DNA of 39,461 nucleotides from an uncultured Bacilli bacterium (GTDB lineage Bacteria; Bacillota_I; Bacilli_A; RFN20; CAG-826): NCBI GenBank assembly GCA_905236395.1, contig CAJOPR010000022.1, positions 1 to 39,461 of the forward strand, read 5' to 3'. Shown piece by piece: positions 9,431 to 16,560 of this stretch (position 1 is its first letter; each line of letters starts with the position of its first letter). The notes under the pieces were generated by a model. It saw only the letters and a program-made list of their open reading frames with translations, ran no database searches and was not told where the DNA came from. The position numbers and the translations under genes were made by a program.

Positions 9431-10936
9431 ATGGCTCAAAAGAATGAACTTGAATATCTTAAGCTGAACAAGATTCAAAAATTTGGTCACGGTTTCGTTA
9501 ACTTCTTTAAAGGAATCCCTGGCTGGTTTAAGAACTTAGGCAAAAAGATATGGGCAGGCCTCAAAAAAGGCTTCTGGTGTGTGGTCAACTGGTTTAAATT
9601 TATCGGTGTCACATTCGTAAAAGGCGATTGGAAAACAAAAGTCAGTTACTTTGTAATGGGCTTTGGCTCTGTCGCTAGAGGGCAATGGTTAAGAGGTATC
9701 TTGTTCTTCATCTTCGAATTAGTGTTTATCCTTTATATGATTTTCTTCGGCGGTCATTACCTCGGTAGATTGTATATTTTGGGTGAAACCGGTTCGACAA
9801 TCGATGGAGAAACAGGAACAATCACCTATGGTGAAAACTCATTTAACATCATGCTATATGGTGTTCTAACCATCTTCTTTATCGTTGCTCTTATTTATAC
9901 TTGGTATCTCAATGTCAAACAAAATGCGATTGGTGAAGAATACGTAAAAGCAAAGAAGAAATTAGCAAGCGCGAAAGATGATGTCAGAGCGCTTGTTGAT
10001 AAAGACTTCTATAAGACATTATTAGGTTTACCTTTATTAGGTATCTTGGTATTTACAGTCTTACCAATCTTCTTCATGATCCTCGTGGCGTTTACCAACT
10101 ATGATAAATCGCACTTCCCTCCACTAAATTTATTTGGTTGGGTGGGATTTGATAACTTCGCTCTATTATTCCAGTGGACTAATAGTGATGGAGCTAGCTT
10201 CTCAATGACCTTTGGTCAAATCTTATTATGGACATTAGTGTGGGCCTTCTTCGCCACATTCACCAACTACTTCTTAGGTATGTTAGTGGCTATGCTCATT
10301 AATAAGAAAGGAATTAAGTTAAAGAAGTTATGGAGAACCATTCTCGTCTTCTCTATCGCGATTCCACAATTTATCTCGATTTTGTTCGTCTCTAACATGT
10401 TCCAAACCGATGGTATTATCAACGGTATCTTAGGACTAATTAGTGGTGGAAAGATCGTTATCGACTTCTGGGGTAACGCCTGGATCGCCAGAATCACCGT
10501 TATCGTCATCAATATTTGGATCGGTGTTCCTTACTTGATGCTTGTTGTTACAGGTATCTTAATGAACATTCCTGCTGACTTATATGAATCAGCGAATATC
10601 GATGGTGCGAGTGCATGGCAACAGTACAGCAAGATTACCCTTCCATATATGTTATTCATAACCGGTCCATACTTACTGACCAGTTTCACAGGTAATATGA
10701 ACAACTTCAACGTCATTTACCTCTTAACTGGTGGTGGACCAAAAGTTCAAGACTACTATGGCAATGCTGGTAAGACTGACTTATTGATTACCTGGTTGTT
10801 CTCCCTTGCGGTTAACGACACTAACTATAAGTTAGCAGCGGTTATCGGTATCATGGTCTTCATCGTTGTCGCGGTCTTATCCTTAGTTATCTATAACATT
10901 ATTCCATCTACACGTAATGAGGAGGAATTCCAATAA
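9431..10936 (+). CDS. malF: Maltodextrin ABC transporter permease (MalF/MalC-like)
   Basis: Multiple TM segments, AFTNYD, EAA loop LYESANIDGA, ITLP. Confidence 0.9.
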   Translation: MAQKNELEYLKLNKIQKFGHGFVNFFKGIPGWFKNLGKKIWAGLKKGFWCVVNWFKFIGVTFVKGDWKTKVSYFVMGFGSVARGQWLRGILFFIFELVFILYMIFFGGHYLGRLYILGETGSTIDGETGTITYGENSFNIMLYGVLTIFFIVALIYTWYLNVKQNAIGEEYVKAKKKLASAKDDVRALVDKDFYKTLLGLPLLGILVFTVLPIFFMILVAFTNYDKSHFPPLNLFGWVGFDNFALLFQWTNSDGASFSMTFGQILLWTLVWAFFATFTNYFLGMLVAMLINKKGIKLKKLWRTILVFSIAIPQFISILFVSNMFQTDGIINGILGLISGGKIVIDFWGNAWIARITVIVINIWIGVPYLMLVVTGILMNIPADLYESANIDGASAWQQYSKITLPYMLFITGPYLLTSFTGNMNNFNVIYLLTGGGPKVQDYYGNAGKTDLLITWLFSLAVNDTNYKLAAVIGIMVFIVVAVLSLVIYNIIPSTRNEEEFQ

Positions 10937-10937
10937 T

Positions 10938-11807
10938 ATGGCAACTGAAAAACGCAGCATGTCGATGTCTAAAAAGAAGATCATCGTCAATACGCTTAGC
11001 TACATTGTCTTAGCGATCATCTCCATAGTATGGATACTTCCATTCGTGTTCTTACTATTAAAATCATTCGATGTTGGTAACACTGGTGTTACAAGCTATG
11101 TGTTCCCAAAACAATGGGGATTTGATAATTACATTTATCTCTTCTCTAGTGAAACTAACTTCTTACAATGGTACTTCAATACCTTCATCATCGCCTTGTT
11201 CGTCTGTGTTATTCAGACAGTGATGCAATTCATGATGGCGTACACATTATCAAGATTTAGATTCGCACTTAGAAAACCTTTGATGAACATCATGTTAGTC
11301 CTTGGTATGTTCCCTGGATTCTTAACAATGATCGTCTTATATCAAATCTTAAAGACAATCGGATTAACCGGTGCCAACGCTGTCCCGGGCTTAATCCTCG
11401 TCTATGTCGCCTCCTCAGGTATGGGCTACTACGTTATTAAGGGCTTCCTTGATACGTTACCAAAATCACTTGATGAAGCGGCCTTGGTCGACGGAGCTAA
11501 TAGAATGCAAATCTTCGTTAAGGTTATCATTCCTCTCTGTAAACCAATTCTCATCTATACCGTCTTAACATCATTCATGGGACCTTGGGGTGACTTCGTC
11601 TTCGCCTATACAGTCTCGCTTGGTAGTCAGGCAGGTATGAACGTCGCGGCAGGTCTTAATTCATGGTTAAGCGCCGCAAACATTGGTGCCCACTTCACAC
11701 ACTTCTGTGCAGCTGGTGTCATCGTCGCTATTCCAGTTATGATCCTCTTCTTGTTCTTGCAGAAGTACTACGTTGAGGGTGTTACTGGTGGTGCAGTTAA
11801 AGGATAG
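10938..11807 (+). CDS. malG: Maltodextrin ABC transporter permease (MalG/MalD-like)
   Basis: EAA loop LDEAALVDGA, C-terminal LQKYYVEGVTGGAVKG. Start moved to ATG 10938, downstream of GGAGG at 10921. Confidence 0.9.
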   Translation: MATEKRSMSMSKKKIIVNTLSYIVLAIISIVWILPFVFLLLKSFDVGNTGVTSYVFPKQWGFDNYIYLFSSETNFLQWYFNTFIIALFVCVIQTVMQFMMAYTLSRFRFALRKPLMNIMLVLGMFPGFLTMIVLYQILKTIGLTGANAVPGLILVYVASSGMGYYVIKGFLDTLPKSLDEAALVDGANRMQIFVKVIIPLCKPILIYTVLTSFMGPWGDFVFAYTVSLGSQAGMNVAAGLNSWLSAANIGAHFTHFCAAGVIVAIPVMILFLFLQKYYVEGVTGGAVKG

Positions 11808-11818
11808 GAGGCTAATTT

Positions 11819-13264
11819 ATGGCTACTGTAGAATTAAAAGATGTAAAGAAAATTTATCCTGGTAATGTAGAGGTTGTTCACAAGTTTAATCTCTCCATTA
11901 AAGATAAGGAATTTATCGTGTTTGTCGGTCCTTCTGGATGTGGCAAATCCACAACACTAAGAATGGTCGCGGGTCTTGAAGAGATTTCCGCTGGTACTAT
12001 TTCGATTGATGGAGAAGTCGTTAACGACTTACAGCCAAAAGACAGACACATTTCCATGGTCTTCCAAAACTATGCCTTATATCCTCACCTTACTGTTTAC
12101 GAAAACATGGCCTTCCCATTACGTCTCGACAAGAAGGAAAGATTGATGCCTTTAAGCGAGAGCGAATTAGAAGCTGCCAAGAAGGAAATTGAGGCACTTG
12201 AAGCCCAAAAGAAATCTTCCCCAGATAAAGTGGCGAAACTTGACGCAAAGATCAAGAAACTTGAAGACGAAATCGCTAACGGAAGAAAACAAAAAGGTTA
12301 TACTAATGACCAAATCTATGACAGAGTGACCAGCGCCGCTAAAGTGCTCGGTATTACTCAATACTTAACAAGAAAACCAAAAGCCTTATCCGGTGGTCAA
12401 AGACAGCGTGTTGCTATCGGTAGAGCGATGGTTAAAGATTGTAAAGTCTTCTTGATGGATGAACCATTATCTAACTTGGATGCGAAGTTACGTAACCAAA
12501 TGAGAGCGGAAATCATTCTCTTAAGAAAACGTATTAATACAACATTCATCTACGTTACACACGATCAGACTGAAGCTATGACTTTAGGTGATAGAATCGT
12601 TTGCTTAAAAGATGGTTATATTATGCAAGTCGGTTCACCAAGTGAATTATTCGATATGCCAGCGAACTTATTCGTCGCGCAATTCATCGGTGCACCTATG
12701 ATGAACACAGTCGTCTGTGACCTCGTAAACGAAGGTGGCAAATATTCCGTCAATCCATTCGGCTGCAAATTAGTCGTTGATGGTGAAAAAGGCAAAGCCT
12801 TAAAAGAACGTAAGGTCGAATCTAGAAAAGTAATCTTAGGTGTCAGACCAGAACACGTCCAACTCGCTAAAGGTGGTGCGGGTGCCATTCCAGTGGAAAT
12901 CTTAGTTAACGAAATGATGGGTAGTGAATATCACTTACACGTCGCTACTGAAGACGGAACACAACTCGTTGTGAGAATCCCAACCATTAACTTAAGCGAA
13001 GAAGAAAGAGAAAAGATGGTCATGGGCAGCAAGATCAACATTACCTTCGAAGGTAAAGCCATGCACTTCTTTGATCCAGAAAACGAACGCAACCTCTTAG
13101 TGGATGAAATCTATGGTCCAGACGCGATGAAACTCGAACTTGAAGCAGAAGCGAAAGCAAAAGAAGAAGCAGCTGCTCCAAAAGAAGAACCAAAGGCTGA
13201 AGAACCCAAAGAGGAAGAAAAGCCTGCTAAAGAAGCTCCAGTAGAGGAAAAAAGCGAAAAATAA
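11819..13264 (+). CDS. msmX: Sugar ABC transporter ATPase (MalK/MsmX family) with internal insertion and charged tail
   Basis: GPSGCGKS, VFQNYALYPH, LSGGQRQR, FLMDEPLSNLD, YVTHDQ, GVRPEH. Confidence 0.9.
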   Translation: MATVELKDVKKIYPGNVEVVHKFNLSIKDKEFIVFVGPSGCGKSTTLRMVAGLEEISAGTISIDGEVVNDLQPKDRHISMVFQNYALYPHLTVYENMAFPLRLDKKERLMPLSESELEAAKKEIEALEAQKKSSPDKVAKLDAKIKKLEDEIANGRKQKGYTNDQIYDRVTSAAKVLGITQYLTRKPKALSGGQRQRVAIGRAMVKDCKVFLMDEPLSNLDAKLRNQMRAEIILLRKRINTTFIYVTHDQTEAMTLGDRIVCLKDGYIMQVGSPSELFDMPANLFVAQFIGAPMMNTVVCDLVNEGGKYSVNPFGCKLVVDGEKGKALKERKVESRKVILGVRPEHVQLAKGGAGAIPVEILVNEMMGSEYHLHVATEDGTQLVVRIPTINLSEEEREKMVMGSKINITFEGKAMHFFDPENERNLLVDEIYGPDAMKLELEAEAKAKEEAAAPKEEPKAEEPKEEEKPAKEAPVEEKSEK

Positions 13265-13280
13265 TTAGGAGGAAGTGAAA

Positions 13281-13664
13281 ATGAAAGTTTCTAAGAAAAC
13301 TAAACGCCTCCTCGCTTACGTCGCCATTATCGGTGGCTGTGCAGTTTTGTCTCTGTCGTTCTATACAGCGGCACAATATAACAAAGCTAAACACCAAGCC
13401 TCTGAAATGGTCAGATTAACCGCGCTCAGTCACTTGCCAAAAGATGAAGCTGGTAATCCGGTTCCTCAAGAGCAAAGTGAGAGTGAAGTCTACTGGTGGT
13501 ACACTGTTTATCAAGATTTCGTTAAGATCTCTAAACAGAACTCAGCCTTCTACGTTGGAACAGCGGTTCCTGCTTATGTCTTCTCAATGGCCACATTAGT
13601 GAGCTTTGGCTTAGTCCTGAAGCACGCTGATAAGGCTAAGGAAAAAGAAGAAGAGGAAGTTTAG
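13281..13664 (+). CDS. Hypothetical two-TM membrane protein, last gene of the starch operon
   Basis: GGAGG 13268-13272 is 8 nt before ATG 13281. Two hydrophobic segments. Followed by a terminator. Confidence 0.7.
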   Translation: MKVSKKTKRLLAYVAIIGGCAVLSLSFYTAAQYNKAKHQASEMVRLTALSHLPKDEAGNPVPQEQSESEVYWWYTVYQDFVKISKQNSAFYVGTAVPAYVFSMATLVSFGLVLKHADKAKEKEEEEV

Positions 13665-13677
13665 TAATAAACAACTC

Positions 13678-13708
13678 AAAAAAGGGTGGTGGAAACATCA
13701 CCTTTTTT
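13678..13708 (+). terminator. Intrinsic terminator of the starch operon (possibly bidirectional)
   Basis: AAAAAAG-GGTGGTG-GAAA-CATCACC-TTTTTT. Confidence 0.9.
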
Positions 13709-13835
13709 ATTTTCTTTAAAAATATTAATCAAAGATTAAAAGAAATGACTTAATAATTTTTTGAGAAAAAAGTCGCTTCTCAAAGCCTATTTATATATAG
13801 GAGGGCAAGAAATTGCTCCCTGGAGGTAAACGCGC

Positions 13836-13946
13836 ATGCCGCATTTATTCTTCAGGCCATCCCATGTTGCCCCGAGAGGAGCAGCTGATGGAAACAATTT
13901 TGATGTTTCTATCATTAGTTGCGGTTATTATTTACCTTTTACGTAA
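13836..13946 (+). CDS. Putative 36-aa leader ORF overlapping the hydrophobic peptide gene in another frame
   Basis: GGAGGT 13822-27, 8 nt before ATG. Translates to MPHLFFRPSHVAPRGAADGNNFDVSIISCGYYLPFT. Confidence 0.4.
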   Translation: MPHLFFRPSHVAPRGAADGNNFDVSIISCGYYLPFT

Positions 13947-13950
13947 GTAG
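13888..13950 (+). CDS. 20-aa hydrophobic peptide METILMFLSLVAVIIYLLRK, putative type I (holin-like) membrane toxin
   Basis: RBS GAGGAG 13876-81. One TM helix with C-terminal RK. RBS and ATG both lie in predicted stems. Confidence 0.7.
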   Translation: METILMFLSLVAVIIYLLRK

Positions 13951-13955
13951 GAGAT

Positions 13956-13996
13956 AAATAAAAAGGGGATCCCTTGGACAAGGATCTCCAACCGCA
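13956..13996 (-). ncRNA. Candidate short antisense RNA (antitoxin)
   Basis: Lies downstream of a minus-strand promoter and consists mostly of hairpin 13965-13989 followed by TTTTTATTT. Boundaries uncertain. Confidence 0.35.
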
Positions 13997-14001
13997 TTTT
14001 A

Positions 14002-14030
14002 ATGATAGTCCATCAGGAGAGTGAAATCAA
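14002..14030 (-). promoter_or_regulatory. Candidate sigma-A promoter firing antisense to the peptide gene
   Basis: Minus strand TTGATT-17 nt-TATCAT. Confidence 0.5.
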
Positions 14031-14044
14031 GTGGTGTGGTCCTG

Positions 14045-14084
14045 AAAGTGAAGGTGATTTCCTTTTGGAATAGCCTTCATTTTT
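14045..14084 (+). terminator. Terminator-like hairpin closing the structured element
   Basis: AAAGTGAAGG...TTCC-TTTT-GGAA...CCTTCATTTTT. Confidence 0.65.
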
Positions 14085-14127
14085 CATTTAACTTGTAGAG
14101 CAAGTATGCTAAAATCATTGGCGATTT

Positions 14128-14607
14128 ATGAAGAAAGAAAAAACTTTGTTTCTTGTATTTCTATTAGTTCTTGGTGGGCTATTCGTTTTATGTGGATTCT
14201 CATTAGTGAGATGCTTTGTCTATAACACATTTGATGATAGTGGTGATCCAAGTATTTTAGAAATTGGTTATTTATTCCTTCATTTAATCATGATTGCGAT
14301 TGTTTTCTATTTAGCCTTTAGAGCGTTCAAAATCAAGTCATCCATCGTGGCGTTGCTCACAATGGGTGATAACGATGAAAAGAAAACCCGCAATTCCCTT
14401 ATTATTTCGGGCATTTTAAGCGTCTTATTCTTCTTCGTGGGTATTTATTCCACCTTGCATGTTTTAGGGCTTACATGTCCGCCTTTGAACTATTTATCGA
14501 TGTCTTTCGCTCATGACTTCATGAACGCTGGATATTTCTTTGGTTCAATTGCCCTAGTATTCTTCATCTATCCATTTATTGCAGAGAAAACGACTTCTGC
14601 GGAATAA
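14128..14607 (+). CDS. Hypothetical four-TM membrane protein
   Basis: Four hydrophobic segments. Extended -10 TGCTAAAAT lies 12 nt upstream, no RBS. Confidence 0.7.
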   Translation: MKKEKTLFLVFLLVLGGLFVLCGFSLVRCFVYNTFDDSGDPSILEIGYLFLHLIMIAIVFYLAFRAFKIKSSIVALLTMGDNDEKKTRNSLIISGILSVLFFFVGIYSTLHVLGLTCPPLNYLSMSFAHDFMNAGYFFGSIALVFFIYPFIAEKTTSAE

Positions 14608-14679
14608 ATTTATTTATTTCCTTGTATATGCGTGTGTTAATATATAGATGACGAATTATCGTTATTTGGAGGTTTTCCT

Positions 14680-16545
14680 ATGGCATACGGTTTAACATAT
14701 GACTTCTTAATGGGCCAATGCATTGACGCTCACAACTATTTTGGTGCGCACTTTGTGAATCAAGATGGCGTGGATGGCGTAGTCTTTAGACTATACGCTC
14801 CATGCGCAAGAGATGTCTCTGTCATCGGTGAATGGAATGGTTGGGATGTCGGTGCTCATAAACTTAAAAAAGTTGATGACGCTGGTATCTGGGAAATATT
14901 TATCCCAGGACTTCAAAACTATCAATCCTATAAATTTCACTTCTTAAATGCTCAGGATAGATATGTTGATAAAATCGATCCATTTGCCTTCTACTCCGAA
15001 ATGAGACCAGGAACCTGCTCCAAATTATTTGATAACCGTAACTTCGCCTGGCACGATGATCCATGGATGAAGAGTAGAACTCGTAACTTCGATTCTCCAA
15101 TGTCTATCTATGAGATGCATTTAGGTTCATGGTATGGACCAGCGGAAGATGGACATACGATGTCTTATGAAGAAATAGCTGATAAATTAATCCCATATAT
15201 CAAAGGTATGGGTTATACCCATGTCGAATTTATGCCCTTAGTCCAATATCCATTTGATGGTTCTTGGGGATATCAAGGAACTGGTTTCTTCTCTATCGAT
15301 TCTAGATATGGAAATCCTTTCCAATTAATGTCCTTAGTGGATAGATTACATCAAGCCGGTATTGGTGCGATTATCGACTTCGCACCTGTGCACTTTGCGA
15401 AAGACAAATGGGCGCTCGCGGAATACGATGGCACCAAGATGTTTGAATATAGCAATAGATGGAGAGTTTCCCCTTGGGGAAGCTATCAATTTGACTTAGG
15501 TAAAGATCCAGTCAGAAGCTTCTTAATGTCCGCGATTAACTACTTCGTCGACTATTTCCATTTCGATGGTGTCCGTGTTGACGCAGTCAGCAACATCATT
15601 TATTACAATGGCGATTCCTCAATCGGACTTAACGATGGTGCAGTTGAATTCATTAAGAGACTCAACGCCAAGATGCATATCGCACACGATTCCGTGATGA
15701 TGATTGCAGAAGACAGTACCGCATTTGCGGGAACCACAAAACCAACCGAACAAGGTGGTTTAGGATTTGACTATAAGTGGGACTTAGGTTGGATGAATGA
15801 TACCTTAAAGTACTACGCTTTAGACCCAATCTATAAAAAATACGACCATAACAAATTAACATTCTCTATGGCCTATTTCTACGCGGATAACTTCATGTTA
15901 CCACTCAGCCACGACGAAGTCGTCCATGGTAAAGGCACAATTATTAATAAGATGTGGGGCGATTATGAACAGAAGTTCGCCTTGCTTAGAAACTTATACA
16001 CATACCAATTCGCACACCCAGGCAAGAAACTTAACTTCATGGGCAATGAATTAGGTACATTCGATGAATGGAATGAAAATAGAGGTTTACAATGGAATCT
16101 CAAATCATTCCCAAAACATGATTCATTATCAAGATTGATTCATGACTTAAATGAAATTTATAAATACCATAAAGCCATGTTCTATCAAGAACACAATCCA
16201 GAGAGATTCAGATGGCTTATGGTAGATAATAAAGATCAATCTGTCTTTGCATTTCAAAGAAAGGTTGATGATGATGTCTTAGTGTTTGTCTTTAATATGA
16301 CCACAAACTACTATGACTACATCAATATCCCAGTCCTAGAAGAAGGCGAATATGAAGAGATCTTCAATAGCGACAAGGATATTTATAGTGGATGGGGACA
16401 ATACAATGGTTTACCAGTGAAATCAGAACCAGGTAGTTTTGAAGGTTTACCAGCGCATATCACCATCAAATTAGCTTGCTTAGGTGCTTGTATCTTTAAG
16501 TTAAAACCAGCACCCAAGAAAAGAGCTAGCAAGAAAGCAAAATAA
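14680..16545 (+). CDS. glgB: 1,4-alpha-glucan branching enzyme (short N-terminus type)
   Basis: IYEMHLGSW, SWGYQ, DGVRVDAV, IAEDST, KWDLGWMND, LSHDEVVHGK. Confidence 0.95.
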   Translation: MAYGLTYDFLMGQCIDAHNYFGAHFVNQDGVDGVVFRLYAPCARDVSVIGEWNGWDVGAHKLKKVDDAGIWEIFIPGLQNYQSYKFHFLNAQDRYVDKIDPFAFYSEMRPGTCSKLFDNRNFAWHDDPWMKSRTRNFDSPMSIYEMHLGSWYGPAEDGHTMSYEEIADKLIPYIKGMGYTHVEFMPLVQYPFDGSWGYQGTGFFSIDSRYGNPFQLMSLVDRLHQAGIGAIIDFAPVHFAKDKWALAEYDGTKMFEYSNRWRVSPWGSYQFDLGKDPVRSFLMSAINYFVDYFHFDGVRVDAVSNIIYYNGDSSIGLNDGAVEFIKRLNAKMHIAHDSVMMIAEDSTAFAGTTKPTEQGGLGFDYKWDLGWMNDTLKYYALDPIYKKYDHNKLTFSMAYFYADNFMLPLSHDEVVHGKGTIINKMWGDYEQKFALLRNLYTYQFAHPGKKLNFMGNELGTFDEWNENRGLQWNLKSFPKHDSLSRLIHDLNEIYKYHKAMFYQEHNPERFRWLMVDNKDQSVFAFQRKVDDDVLVFVFNMTTNYYDYINIPVLEEGEYEEIFNSDKDIYSGWGQYNGLPVKSEPGSFEGLPAHITIKLACLGACIFKLKPAPKKRASKKAK

Positions 16546-16560
16546 GGGAGTTTAACATAT

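Larger units (their letters stand above)
13800..14084 (+). other. Highly structured transcript region, putative type I toxin mRNA
   Basis: Nested helices found by eye: 13851-65/14031-46, 13866-73/13878-85, 13885-92/14009-16, 13909-17/14000-08, 13920-26/13990-96, 13928-34/13955-61, 13965-72/13982-89. Confidence 0.65.

Noticed and set aside
13965-13993. GGGGATCC...GGATCTCCA as a tRNA fragment or att site
   Set aside because: Only an acceptor-like stem, with no T or D arm and no integrase nearby.
13800-14084. Structured element as tmRNA, RNase P RNA, SRP RNA, 6S RNA or a known riboswitch
   Set aside because: No tmRNA T-arm or tag ending, no RNase P GAGGAAAGUCC, no SRP domain IV motif and no aptamer consensus recognised. 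An internal RBS-ORF argues for an mRNA. An Rfam scan is still needed.
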